A DNA stretch of 64,000 bases, taken from the NCBI GenBank assembly GCA_963751445.1, contig CAVVUL010000008.1, forward strand, positions 130,555 to 194,554, in the 5' to 3' direction. Origin of the DNA: an uncultured Acidobacteriota bacterium (GTDB lineage Bacteria > Acidobacteriota > Vicinamibacteria > Vicinamibacterales > SCN-69-37). Both the position numbers and the translations under genes were made by a program. The notes below the pieces were generated by a model. That model had not been told where the DNA came from. It saw nothing but the letters and a program-made list of their open reading frames with translations, and did no database searches. Each line of letters opens with the position of its first letter. Position 1 is the stretch's first letter. Shown in pieces: positions 10,722 to 21,301 of the stretch.

Positions 10722-11947
10722 CTACGCATCGGGCACCGTGATCCGAGCCTCGACGCCGGTCGTGGTGCGCTGGCAGACGACGTCCAGCGCGGCCAGCGTG
10801 CCGGACACGGCCCCGTCGCAGGAATACCGCGCCACGCGCGCGACCACGGCTCGCCGCGTCTCCGGCTGACGATCGAAGTGGCGCGACGCCACGTCGCGCA
10901 TCACCTGGATCAGTGGCGCGACCTCGCCGGCCGGATACGTGAATCCCGTGCAGCCCTCGTCGATCAGGTCCGGCGCGCAGCCCACCCCGTCGCTGACGAT
11001 CGCCGGAATACCGGCGGCCATCGCTTCGTTGACGACCAGTCCCCAGGTCTCCCGTGTGGACGACACCACCAGGCAATTCGCCGCGGCGTAGCGCGCGGCC
11101 ATCTGCGTCTGGTTCTGGAATCCGTCGAACGCGACCGGCGCGCCGTTCGCCACCGCGCGCGCGCGCAGCGCGCTCTCCTCGGGTCCCGAACCCACGATCA
11201 CACCGCGAATGTTCGCCCCTTCCGCCGCGAGCGCGGCGACCGCGTCGATGAGTTCGCCGGCACGCTTCAGCGGGATCAGCTTTCCCGCCAACAGAAATAC
11301 GGTGGTCTCTTCGCCCGCGCCCCAGCCATGGCGAAGCCGAGCGGCCTCGCCGTTCTGCCGTGCGCGTGCCGCGTCGGCGGCGAACCGGTCGTTGTCCACG
11401 AAGTGCGGCGCGAAGAACAGCCGCTCCGGCCGCACGCCGTAATGCCGCAGGTACGCGAGATTGGCCTCGCCGACGTACAGGTGCGCGTCGATCTGCTGCA
11501 GGAACCAGCGATACGGCACGTGCTTGGCGATCGAGATGAAGCGGCGCTTCGGCCCTGTCAGCGTCGAGTCGCCGCGTACCGAGCACCGGCACGCGAAGGG
11601 CGCGGCACGCGCGCATCGCCTGCAGATAGCTCTTCAGGTACCAGCCGCTCACGATGCACGCGTCAAAGGCGCCGGCCTCGAGCCGCGAGGCCATCCCGGG
11701 CGTGTCGCACCCGCCGAATCGCTCCACACCCGGATGCGCCGCCACGTTGTCCAGCCACTCGTGCGTGTAGCCCTCGAGCAGGGGCACGTCCCAGTCGAAC
11801 GGCGTCCCGAACCCCGCGCGCGCCTGCCCGTCGGCATCCTGCCGATGGCAGAAGAACACCGTCAGGTCGCACACGCGGGCCAGCGCTCGGAACCAGGGCG
11901 CCTGGTACATGAATCGGGTGACTCGTGACCACCGCTACTCGATGCAT
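10722..11947 (-). CDS. GT4 family glycosyltransferase (two frame breaks, near 11907-11911 and 11520-11560)
   Basis: MHRVAVVTSHPI (ORF 11663-11947) joins YQAPWFRAL if one T is removed, giving HPIQYQAPWF. C-terminal half is in ORF 10722-11519 with SSTRETWGLVVNEAMAAGIPAIVSD. Confidence 0.8.
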
Positions 11948-13245
11948 GGCACCCCCTGCGGGGCCGCATGGCGCACGGCGGCGTCGAAGGACTCACACTG
12001 GCGCCGCGTCTGCTCGCGCGCGTCCACCGAGGCGATCACCGAGGCGGACGCCGGCACCGGCGTGTGCGCGCGTTCGAGCACCCAGCGCAGGTCATCGGCG
12101 AGACGGGCGGCGATCGCATCCCGGTCGGCGGCGTCTCCGTACGTGGCCACCACGCCGGCGCCGCTCTGCCGCAACAGCGGCACGACCGGGCTGGCTTCGT
12201 GCAGCACCGCCACGAACGGCCGGCCGGTCCGGAGATACGGATAGACCTTCGAGGGGCTGTAGGCCGGGTCGTCTGAACCCAGAATCACGCAGAAGTGCGA
12301 GTCTGACAACAGCCGAAGTCCTTGCAGGTACGGCACGCGCGCCGGCCATTCCTGGACCATCGACCCCATGCCGGCCGCGGCAGCGACCGGCTCGATCGTT
12401 CGGCGCGGCGCGTCATGCGCGTAATCGGTGCCGACGAAGGTCAGCCGGATGCGATCCGGCGAGGCGTCCCGCTCGTCGCGCAGCCGGGCGGCCGTGAAGA
12501 GGATCGCCGCGGCTCCGGCGACATCGGCGCCGCCGCGGCCAACCGAGACGCCATGCACGTGACCGTCTTCACGGTCGAACATGGCATTGCGCCAGGACAG
12601 GCGCCCGGCCGTCTCGAAATCCGCGGCGCTCGTGCCGAACGGGATCGTCGCGCACATCGCCGGCTGAATCCACGGATATCTGGATTGCAGCACGTCGGTG
12701 TAGGCCGTGGACACACTGATCAGTCCGTCGACGTGGCGCATCGCGAACGGCTCGAGCCGCGCGTGCATCGCGCGCGCCGCGCCGGCCTTCGGGCCGCGCT
12801 GCAATCCGGCGCCGCGATAGTCCGTCTTCCACGGATCCTGCATGTCGATCACGTAGGGCGTGCCGAAGCGCGCCTTCCACACCCGCCCCAGCACCAACAC
12901 CGGAAATGCCGTGGTCGAGAAGTACACCAGGTCGATCGCATGACGACGAATCAGCGATGCGCCGGCGGCATAGAGGTGCGGCAGCGCCCGCAAGCCGACC
13001 GCGTTGATGCCCGCGAGCCTGGTCAGGGCCGCGGGGACCGCGCCACACCGGGTCACCTCGACGTCGTCGGGCACGGTGGCGAGCAGCTCTGGCTCGCGCA
13101 GGCCGCCATGCGCATCCGGGTCCACGGCGAGCACGAACGGCTGCCACCCGAAATCACGATAGAACGGCAGGCTCATGCGCACGCGGTGCATGTCCGCGCT
13201 GCTGATCGGCGGAAAGCTGGGCGACACCACCAGCACCCGCTTCAT
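11935..13245 (-). CDS. Glycosyltransferase (GT-B fold, GT4-like), intact 436 aa
   Basis: ATG at 13245 (MKRVLVVSPSFPP) in an ATGA overlap with the upstream stop. The overall pattern fits a Rossmann-like N-terminal GT-B domain. The family call is weaker than for the EX7E-containing GTs. Confidence 0.6.
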   Translation of the reverse strand: MKRVLVVSPSFPPISSADMHRVRMSLPFYRDFGWQPFVLAVDPDAHGGLREPELLATVPDDVEVTRCGAVPAALTRLAGINAVGLRALPHLYAAGASLIRRHAIDLVYFSTTAFPVLVLGRVWKARFGTPYVIDMQDPWKTDYRGAGLQRGPKAGAARAMHARLEPFAMRHVDGLISVSTAYTDVLQSRYPWIQPAMCATIPFGTSAADFETAGRLSWRNAMFDREDGHVHGVSVGRGGADVAGAAAILFTAARLRDERDASPDRIRLTFVGTDYAHDAPRRTIEPVAAAAGMGSMVQEWPARVPYLQGLRLLSDSHFCVILGSDDPAYSPSKVYPYLRTGRPFVAVLHEASPVVPLLRQSGAGVVATYGDAADRDAIAARLADDLRWVLERAHTPVPASASVIASVDAREQTRRQCESFDAAVRHAAPQGVPCIE

Positions 13246-14513
13246 GACGCCAGCCCCCGCAGGTCCCGCGCAGGCCGGCTCCCGTCGCGCACCGTCGTCC
13301 GCACGGCATCGAGGAACTTCACCTGCTCGAGATCCCAGTTGTACCGCGTCGTGCCCAACTGCCAGGCCGCCTGTCGCGCGGCCGCGAGTTCGGCGGGCCG
13401 CTCGATCCATCCACGCAAGGCCGACGCGATCGCCTGCGCATCGCCCACGGGCGCGAGTGCCGCCGCGTCGCCAAACGCCGGCGCGAGTTCCGCCTGCGCG
13501 GTCGTGGCCGTGGCCAGGACCGGCACGCCCGCGAGCAGGTACGTGAAGATCTTGTTCGACAACGCGAGGTCGGCATTCTCGGTGTGCCCGGGTTCGGTCG
13601 CGAGGCCCACGTCGAACTCAGCCGCCAGCCGGACCATCTCTCCCGGCGCCGCGGGGTCGTGACGGACCACGCGTTCCCAGGGCGCGCCGGCCACGTGCGC
13701 CACCGCCTGCAGCGTCGACGCAAATCCCGGCGGCCAGACGCCCCTCAGGTGCAGTTCGATCGGAAGCGGCGCGAGCACCCCCATCGCGCGGATTACCGCT
13801 TCGATGCCGCGGTCGCGCCCAATCGTCTGCGAGAACCAGTACAGACGGAGCGGCCCGCCGCGCGACGGCACGGGGGCGGCCGGCCAATCGGCCAGCGGAC
13901 ACACGTTCAGCACGACCAGCGGCCGTGTTCGAGACAGTCCGGCGTAGGCCTCGGCAATGCCCGGCGATGCCGCCGTCACGTAGTCACACTCCGGCAGGTA
14001 CCGCTCCTCACACGCGGCCGCCAGCGCACGCGCCGCGGTGTCGCCCTTCGGCGCCTGGCCGCGGTGATAGTCCTCGGCATCGAATCCGAGTCGCGCGCCG
14101 TGGCGCCGTGCCGCCGCCGCGGCCGCCGGCAGCGCGCCCAGATTGTGCGCGATGTACAGATCGGCCGGCCACGCCACCGCGGCCGCGGTGAGTTCCGGCG
14201 TCAGCCGCCCCACAGCGGCATCGCGCACCTCGGCCGCCGTGATGCCACTCGCGAACGCGGCCCGCGCCCCGAAGTGCCGGGCGCGCGTCTTCCAGAACAG
14301 CCACGGCGCACTCGCCTCCCGCCAGTCGATCACCTGCGCCGACCACGAACGGTCCGCCAGCAACGCGACGTCGGCGCGGTCCGCCCAGTCGGCCCAGTGC
14401 GCGCCGATGACGTGCACGTCGAACCCGTTCGCCGCCAGCGCGTCGGCTTCCTTCACCAGACGCGGGTTCGTCGACGGCTGACCGGTGCTCACCAGGCAGA
14501 CGCGGGCGCTCAT
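13242..14513 (-). CDS. Glycosyltransferase (GT-B fold), intact 423 aa
   Basis: ATG at 14513 (MSARVCLVSTGQPSTNPRLVKEADALAANGFDVHV). C-terminal LATEPGHTENADLALSNKIFTYLLAGVPVLAT resembles a GT-B donor-binding half. ATGA overlaps at both ends. Confidence 0.6.
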   Translation of the reverse strand: MSARVCLVSTGQPSTNPRLVKEADALAANGFDVHVIGAHWADWADRADVALLADRSWSAQVIDWREASAPWLFWKTRARHFGARAAFASGITAAEVRDAAVGRLTPELTAAAVAWPADLYIAHNLGALPAAAAAARRHGARLGFDAEDYHRGQAPKGDTAARALAAACEERYLPECDYVTAASPGIAEAYAGLSRTRPLVVLNVCPLADWPAAPVPSRGGPLRLYWFSQTIGRDRGIEAVIRAMGVLAPLPIELHLRGVWPPGFASTLQAVAHVAGAPWERVVRHDPAAPGEMVRLAAEFDVGLATEPGHTENADLALSNKIFTYLLAGVPVLATATTAQAELAPAFGDAAALAPVGDAQAIASALRGWIERPAELAAARQAAWQLGTTRYNWDLEQVKFLDAVRTTVRDGSRPARDLRGLAS

Positions 14514-15548
14514 CGGCCGGCCCCCGCGGCGGAGACTCCGCGATAGAGCGCCTCGTAGGCGTCGACCAACGCGTGCTGGCTGAATCGCGCCTCGGCCACT
14601 TGCCGGCACGCGCCACGATTGAAGCTGGACGATCCGCTCCACCGCCCGGACCAGCCCCTCCTCGTCTGCGCACACCGCGCCCGTCACGCCGTCGTCGACG
14701 ACTTCCGGCACGGCGCCGCGCGTGAGGCCAATCACCGGCGTGCCGCACGCGAGCGCCTCGGCCATGACGATGCCGAAGGGTTCCTCCCAGAGAATCGGCA
14801 TCAACAGGGCCGCCGCGCCTGCCAGCAACTCACTCTTCGCGGCATCGTCCACCGGGCCGAGGTACGTCACGCGATCGCCGTTCACGTGCGGCTTGATGTG
14901 TCGATCGAAGTACGCGCGATGTTCGTCCGGCACGTTGCCGGCGATCACCAATCTCCGGCCGGCTCGCCTGGCGACGTCGATCGCCACATGGGGACCCTTG
15001 ATGTGCTCGACGCGCCCCAGAAACACGAGCGGCGCGTCGGCCGCCACGGTTGGCGCGAATCGGTAGCGCGCGGTGTCCACGGCATTGGGAATCACGCGCC
15101 AGGGCGCCAGATCGCGCACACCTTCGAGCATGCGGTCGCTGCACGCCGTGAAGGAGAGCCGGCCGAAGCTGAGCCGCCGGCCCCACGTCACGCTGCGCGG
15201 GGTGATGGCGCGCTGATACGACATGATCTTCGGCGTGCGCGTCGGGAAGACGCCGGCGAGCGACGCCAGGCGGCCGAAGCTGTGGATCACCTGCGGACGG
15301 GCGCGGCGCGCCGCGCGCGCGATCGCGGCGCCGTTGGCCGCCACCGACATCGCCCGGCTGTCTGCTCGCCCATAGGGCGCCAGCCGGCCGGCCGTGACGG
15401 AATCCCGATGCGCCACGAGCGTCACCTCGTGGCCGCGCGCCACCAGGCCGTCCACCAGCAGCGCAATCACGCGCTCGATGCCGCCGTACAGCCGCGGCGG
15501 GACCGGCAGTTCCGGGTCCGCCGTCACGAGGATGCGGAGGGGCGTCAT
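14510..15548 (-). CDS. GT4 family glycosyltransferase (one frame break near 14620)
   Basis: MTPLRILVTADPELPVPPRLYGGIERV and ILWEEPFGIVMAEALACGTPVIG. The true C-terminus NRGACRQVAEARFSQHALVDAYEALYRGVSAAGAGR-stop appears after a -1 shift and ends in an ATGA overlap at 14510-14513. Confidence 0.8.
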
Positions 15549-17024
15549 GTCGACGCCGCCCCCGCGGAAAGCCGCAGCCATCGGCTGAGTCGCGCCGACT
15601 GCGGCAGGTACCTCACCAGTTCCGCCAGCGGACGGGCAAAGAGGACCCGCAGCGTCAGCACATAGACGACGCCGAACATCGTGCCTTGCGCGACCAGAGA
15701 CGGCCCGCCCAGCAGCAGGGCGATTCCGGACGCCAGCGCGGCCGCGGCCGCCGGCGGCCCAATCGCCTGCGCGATCGCTCCCGCGGTCACCCCACGGCCT
15801 CGCCACAACATCGTCGCCACCAGGCCGAACGACACGACGTGCATGCCGCACAGGGCTTGCAGGTACGTGCGCGCGCCGCCCGGCAGGAACAGCGCGAGGG
15901 CCAGCAGCGTCGCGGCCAGCTTCCACGCGTCGGCCACCAGGCATTGCTTCTGGCGTCCGTACGCGAGGAGCAACGTGTAGCCCGTGTGCACGAGCGCGCC
16001 CAGCGCGGCCGCGGCCACCGCCGCCGGCACGAGGGGGATTGCGTCAACCCACGTGCGGCCCGTAGATCAGCGTGACGATGGGGCCGGCGAGCATCGCGGT
16101 GAGCACGGCCAGCGGAATGGCCGTCCAGCCGATCGTCCGCAGGAACATCGCGCTGGCGCGCCTGAACGAGTCCGTATCCGGCGTCAGCTTCGTGAGCACC
16201 GGATAAACGGACAACGACAGCAAGCCGGCCACGCGGCCGCACAGCAACTGCGACAGGCCGACCGCTCGTCCGAAAATGCCGAACGAGGCGAACCCGAGCG
16301 CGCGCGTCATCCACGTGGACTCGGACACCGTCGCCAGCGCGACGAAGCTGACCGTGGCGATCCGCACCCAGCCGAACGTCCAGGCCGGCCGGAACCGGTC
16401 CCAGCTGAAGGCCCAGGTGGGCCGCCATCGCGCGCGCACGAACAGGTCGTACACGAATGGCAGCGGCACCAGCAGCGTCGGCAGAATCAGCGCCGACACC
16501 TTCGCCCCGGCCAGCGCCATCGCCACCGACACCAGCCCGCCGGCGACGAAGCCCACGGCCTGCAACGCGCGCAACCGCCGCCAATCGAGGTCGCGCTCCA
16601 GCATCCGCACGCGGAACTCGGACGGCAGATCGATCAGGAACAGCACCGACATCACGTGCAGCACCGGACTGAGCGGCGCGTAGCCGGGCACGAATCGAAA
16701 ACCGATCGCGACGACGTTGACGACGGCGACGATCAGGACCTGGATCACCGCGCCCGCGGTGAAGTGATCCTGGTAGTGCACCGCCTCCCCGTTCCGCACC
16801 TGCAGGGTGTGGCCGAGGAACTCGCGAAATGAATACAGCGTGAAGAAGCCGAGGATCGTGGTGAGGAAGCCGAACTGGCCGTACGCATCCGCGGGCAGGA
16901 GCCGGGCGAGGGTGACCGTCAGGCCGAACTGGACGAGGTCACGAAAGAACTGGAACCCGGCGCCCCACGCCACGGCGAGCCGGGCGCGTTGGGCGACCTC
17001 CGCATCTGGCACGTCCACCATCAC
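15545..17024 (-). CDS. Wzx-type flippase (MOP/polysaccharide biosynthesis protein family), one frame break near 16035
   Basis: ORF 16044-17024 plus ORF 15545-16030 together give about 490 aa of 12 or more hydrophobic helices. The N-terminal pattern is typical of PST flippases (GAGFQFFRDLVQFGLTVTLARLL). Confidence 0.7.
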
Positions 17025-17061
17025 CGCCCAGGGTCCGTTCGGGCCGTTCCGCTGGCCCGGG

Positions 17062-19242
17062 TCACCGGGTCCGAACGTACGCCCGGGTGTAGTCCTTGCG
17101 GTAATACTGCGCGTAGTAGTACGCGTGCCGATCGACGTGGACCCGGTTGAGCACGACGCCGATGATCTTCGCGCGCGCCGCGATCAACTGGTCGACCGCG
17201 ACCTGCGCCGTCTGCCGGGGCGTCATCTCGGCCCCCACGACGAAGACGACGCCGCCGACGCCGTTCGAGACGACCGCCGCGTCCGTCACCGCCATCACCG
17301 GCGGCGCGTCCACGATGATCCAGTCGTACTCCTTGCCGAGTTCGGCGAGCATGTTCAGGTACTTCTTCGAGCCGAGCAACTCGGCCGGGTTCGGCGGAAT
17401 GAGTCCGGCCGGCAGCACGGAGAGGAACGGATTGCCGGTCTTGCGGATCGCGGTCTGCAACGACACCGACCCCACCAGCACGTTCGACAAGCCCGGCTCC
17501 TGCGAGAACCCGAATGTCTCGTGGATGCGCGGCCGGCGCAGGTCGCCGTCGATGATCAAGGTGCGTTGCTCAGCCTGCGCCATGGCCTCGGCCAGATTGC
17601 TGGCCACGACCGTCTTGCCCTCGCTCGGCGCCGTGCTCGTGATCATGACGCTGCGCGCGCCTTCCGCCGCCGTCGAGAAGATGACCGCCGTCCGCAGGCC
17701 GCGGATCGCTTCCGAGAACGAGGCGGGCACGCCGCGCTCCAGCAGCGGCGAGGGCCCCTTGATCTGCTTCGGCTTGACGGCCGGAATCATGCCGAGGAAC
17801 GGCAGGCCCAGATGCGTCTTGATGTCATCGGGCGTCTTGATGCGGCTGTCGATGTACTCCAGACCGAACGCGAGACCGAGCGCCAGCAGGAACCCCGTCA
17901 TGAGGGCGAAGAGCACGTCGCGTTCGTGATTCGGCAGCACCGGCACGCGCGGGATCTCCGCGGCATCGATGACCTGGACGTTCGTGCCCTTGTACTCGCC
18001 CGTCACGCCCGTGACCTTCGCCCGCTGCATCAGGTCGTCGAACAGCTGCCGGTTGCTGACGACGTCACGCTCGAGCTCCAGGTAGCCAATCGCAACGCTG
18101 TCCTGGTTGAGCGACTCGTTCTTCTGGGCGCGGAGCTGGTCGTTCAGCGCGTCTTCACGCGCCTTGGCCATCTGGTATTCGCTGCCGATCGACTCGACGA
18201 CCTTGTTGACCTGCGATTCGAGGTCGGCCTGCTTCGTCGTGAGGCTCTGCGCGATGTCACGCCGCTTCTGGTAGGCCGGCCCGAAATCGGCCGCCAGCAC
18301 GGCGTCCTGGCTCCTGAGCTCGGCGATCTCCTTGCTGAGCGCCTGGATCGACGCGTTCGACATGATGGCGGGGAACGTGGCCAGCTTGGCCGGGTCGGCG
18401 CGAAGGCTGGTCAACGTCCGGAACAGTTGTTCTTTCTCCAGGCGTTGACTGCGCGCACGTGTGAGTTCCGCGCTGATGTCCGCCAGCCGCTGGACGATGA
18501 TGTTGTTCCGGGGATCGGTCAGCGCGACCGCGCCGTGCTGGACCTTGAAGGCCTGCAGCGCCTGCTCGCTCTGCTCGAGTTTCTGCTTCTGCTCTTCGAG
18601 TTGCGCGCTGAGGAAGTTGTTGGCGTCCTGGGAGACCAGCGCGCGGAAGCTGAGGCCCTGCGCAATGTACGCCTGCGCGACCGCGTTCGCCGCGCGCGAG
18701 GCAAACGCCGGATCGGCGGACCGGTAATGGATCTTCACCAGGCGGCTGTTCCGGACCGGCTCGATCGTCAGCCCGCTGAGGAAGCTGTCGAGACGCGCCG
18801 ACTGCCAGCCGGTTTCGTTGCCGGCGGGCGGCACCATTGCTTTCGGCGCGCCGAGCAGCGTGGCGACCTGTCCGAGCCAGCCGCCCTGGCTGGCGCGCGC
18901 GGTGGCCTCCGCGATGTCCTGCCGCTCCGCTTCGGACGGCGGCTGCCCCATCCCGAGCGACTCAATCGTGCGCCATGCGAGCGCCCGGCTCTGCATCATC
19001 CGGTACTGCGTCTGGTAGAAGTCGTCGTCGAACCACCCGTCCTGCTCCTGCAGCAGCGAATTGAGGGGCGTGCGGTGCGCGTCTTTCTCGATGAGGAGCT
19101 GGGTGGTCGCTTCGTAAATCGGGGTTTTGCGCAGGCTCGTCGTCGCCGCAGTCAGGAAGACCAGCAGGAACGCCGAGCCGGCGACCCAGCGCCGCTTGTA
19201 GATCACCCGCAGGTAGTCGGTCAGATGGCGCGGATGGGTCAT
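17062..19242 (-). CDS. Polysaccharide co-polymerase / BY-tyrosine kinase (Wzc/GumC-like), intact 726 aa
   Basis: N-terminal Wzz-type TM plus a coiled-coil periplasmic region. Walker A STAPSEGKT, then DGDLRRP. C-terminal Tyr cluster HAYYYAQYYRKDYTRAY. Confidence 0.9.
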   Translation of the reverse strand: MTHPRHLTDYLRVIYKRRWVAGSAFLLVFLTAATTSLRKTPIYEATTQLLIEKDAHRTPLNSLLQEQDGWFDDDFYQTQYRMMQSRALAWRTIESLGMGQPPSEAERQDIAEATARASQGGWLGQVATLLGAPKAMVPPAGNETGWQSARLDSFLSGLTIEPVRNSRLVKIHYRSADPAFASRAANAVAQAYIAQGLSFRALVSQDANNFLSAQLEEQKQKLEQSEQALQAFKVQHGAVALTDPRNNIIVQRLADISAELTRARSQRLEKEQLFRTLTSLRADPAKLATFPAIMSNASIQALSKEIAELRSQDAVLAADFGPAYQKRRDIAQSLTTKQADLESQVNKVVESIGSEYQMAKAREDALNDQLRAQKNESLNQDSVAIGYLELERDVVSNRQLFDDLMQRAKVTGVTGEYKGTNVQVIDAAEIPRVPVLPNHERDVLFALMTGFLLALGLAFGLEYIDSRIKTPDDIKTHLGLPFLGMIPAVKPKQIKGPSPLLERGVPASFSEAIRGLRTAVIFSTAAEGARSVMITSTAPSEGKTVVASNLAEAMAQAEQRTLIIDGDLRRPRIHETFGFSQEPGLSNVLVGSVSLQTAIRKTGNPFLSVLPAGLIPPNPAELLGSKKYLNMLAELGKEYDWIIVDAPPVMAVTDAAVVSNGVGGVVFVVGAEMTPRQTAQVAVDQLIAARAKIIGVVLNRVHVDRHAYYYAQYYRKDYTRAYVRTR

Positions 19243-20051
19243 ACGATCCTCGCTCCGACCTTGATGATGTCGCCGGGCTTCACGACGTCCGTCATCTTCA
19301 CGTTCTTGAGCGTCACGGTCTTGCCGTCCACCTTGCGGATGATCTCGATCCGCTTGGGCGACCCGCGATCGGTGAACCCGCCGGCCAGCGCGAGCGCCTG
19401 CTCGACGGTGGACCCGGACTCGACGTTGTACACGCCGACGTTGCGCACCTGGCCGGTGATCGTCACGGCCTGCGCCTTCTTCACGAACACCGTGTCACCG
19501 TCCTGCAGCACGAGGTTCTTCGCGAGCGCGCCGCTTTCCAGTTCGCGGACGTCCACTTCAATCACGGCGCCCGCGTCGCCGCTCTGCAGCGACGCGGCCC
19601 GGACCACCACGACGACGTCCGACGCCTCCGGCAGGCGCCCGCCGGCGCGCAGAAGCGCTTCGAGCAGCGTCAGCTCGCCCGCAAATGCCACGGCGCCCTG
19701 CGTGCGCACGGCGCCGTTCACCAGCACTCTCTTGGTCGGCGTCTGTTCGAGTTCGACCGTCACCTGCGGGTTGAGGACGATGTCCGCTTCCTTCAAGCGC
19801 CGGGCGACCAAATCGCCGACCTCGCGCGCCGTCAGGCCGGACACTTTCAGCCGGCCCACTTGCGGAAACTCAATCGCCCCGTCGATACCAACGGGATATT
19901 TGCCCGTGAACTGCGCGACGCCGACCACCGTGATGGCGAGCTGATCGTGCGGCGCGATCTTCGGATTCGCCTGCCCGGTCACGACCAGGGCTCCGCCCAC
20001 GAGCAGGCACGCCACCAGGGCGCCCACGCGCGACAGGAACCTACCGGCCAT
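19239..20051 (-). CDS. Short outer-membrane polysaccharide export (OPX) protein: PES/SLBB domains only, 270 aa
   Basis: Signal-like N-terminus, polysaccharide-export motif region and two SLBB-like beta-grasp repeats. It ends GDIIKVGARIV, directly after the last SLBB, so there is no Wza-type C-terminal amphipathic helix. ATGA overlap with the PCP gene. Confidence 0.75.
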   Translation of the reverse strand: MAGRFLSRVGALVACLLVGGALVVTGQANPKIAPHDQLAITVVGVAQFTGKYPVGIDGAIEFPQVGRLKVSGLTAREVGDLVARRLKEADIVLNPQVTVELEQTPTKRVLVNGAVRTQGAVAFAGELTLLEALLRAGGRLPEASDVVVVVRAASLQSGDAGAVIEVDVRELESGALAKNLVLQDGDTVFVKKAQAVTITGQVRNVGVYNVESGSTVEQALALAGGFTDRGSPKRIEIIRKVDGKTVTLKNVKMTDVVKPGDIIKVGARIV

Positions 20052-21247
20052 AGACGAACGACCCTCCCATGCGAAGACCCTCGTACTCGCGCAACGGCAG
20101 CGGCGACGTCCGCCGTACGTAGTTTACGTCCAGGCCGACGCGAATCTGGTCACCAATCCGGCGGCCGATGCCGGCGCCGATCAGGTCGACGTAGTCGACC
20201 CGGCCCAGCCGCAGGTCTCCCACCGGCGGGTACGTCAGGGAACCATGGCTGAAGCGGCCCACGACGTCCCAGCTGAGGCCGATGACCTCCATCGCCTGCG
20301 CGCCCACCGTGGCGGTGACGTAGTAGGGCTCGGCCAGAATCCAGCGAGTAGTCCACGTCCCGCTTCACGATGCCGGACAGCCGGAACCAATCCATGGCGA
20401 CGTAGGTCAGGTCCACGTCCGCGACCCAGCCCGTGTAGTCCGGCTGGTCGGGGCTGATCGTCATGAAGCGCCGCACGCCCACGTAGGCGCTCCCGGAGAT
20501 CAGGGCGAAGGGCTTGAAGATCACGCCAGGCATCACCCGGACGCTGTCGCTGTCCCGTTCGGGTGTGTAGACGAATCGATCCCGAATCCAGTCGGTGCGA
20601 ATTGCGAAGCTGGTGAGCGGGGTCAGTTCGAACTTGCCGGTCAGATTGATCTCGTCGCTGTCCCGGTTCAAGGCGTTCGCCACGAACGCATCGCCATAGG
20701 TGCCCTGCAGGTAGTCGTAGCGCGTGCGCCTCACGTCCACATCGGCGTCCACCCGGCTGGCCACGTGCAGCATGGCGCCCACCTCGGCGCCGGTGCGCAG
20801 CTCCTGCACCCGCAGATCGATTTCGGCGTTCGGCCGGCGCCGCATGTTGGAATAGACGCCCGCCACGCGCGGGGTCACGCGCGCCAGATCGATATCGACG
20901 CGCAGGTCTTCGCCGTAGCTGAACGATCGTTGCGTGGCCGTCTGTCTGTAGTACAGCCAGTCCGTCGTCGTCTTGCTCGAGATGAGCGCGCGGCCGACCT
21001 GCAGCCATACGTCCGCGCCGGGCAGCACGCTCATCGTCGTGTCGCGGATCGGATTCAGCGGCGCGAGGAACACGTTCGTGTCCACGCCGAGGTTCTGGAT
21101 CGCCAGCCGGGGCGTCACCGCCAGCGGGCCGAAATGGAACATCGCGCTCTGCGACGCTTCCAGCGCCTGGCCCCACGCGAGCGCCGGCATCGCCAGCATG
21201 GCGCAGGCCAGCGGGATCAGTCGGCGGCCGAGTTGTCTCCACTCCAC
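20041..21247 (-). CDS. Predicted outer-membrane beta-barrel protein (one frame break near 20310-20330)
   Basis: GTG at 21247. Signal peptide LACAMLAMPALAWGQ. Long run of alternating hydrophobic/polar strands rich in Y, D, R and T (ORF 20150-21247), continued by ORF 20041-20307. It overlaps the OPX gene start by 11 nt. Confidence 0.6.
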
Positions 21248-21273
21248 CAGGTCGCTACCTTTTATCCGGGAAT

Positions 21274-21294
21274 GGCCCGCCGATCTGGCGGGCC
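21274..21294 (-). terminator. GC hairpin (GGCCCGCC-GATCT-GGCGGGCC) between the small tail-anchored protein gene and the beta-barrel gene
   Basis: Seen directly: 8-bp perfect stem, 5-nt loop, no clear U-tract. Candidate attenuator or pause site. Confidence 0.35.
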
Positions 21295-21301
21295 GCGAAA
21301 C

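Noticed and set aside
8160-15944. 845-aa and 900-aa fusion ORFs (8160-10697; 13242-15944) as multidomain proteins
   Set aside because: Each contains an internal start codon in an ATGA overlap with a stop in the neighbouring frame. Each splits cleanly into separate GT and membrane protein units, so the long ORFs are read-through upstream of the true starts.
16807-19944. Very long ORFs antisense to or overlapping recognised genes (16807-19944 + 1045 aa; 5283-6809 + 508 aa; 43487-45205 + 572 aa; 38278-39477 + 399 aa; 9373-11910 - 845 aa)
   Set aside because: Their translations are Arg/Ala/Gly/Pro-rich low-complexity sequences with no motifs. They lie opposite or out of frame to genes with clear family signatures. 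These are typical shadow ORFs of a roughly 69% GC genome.
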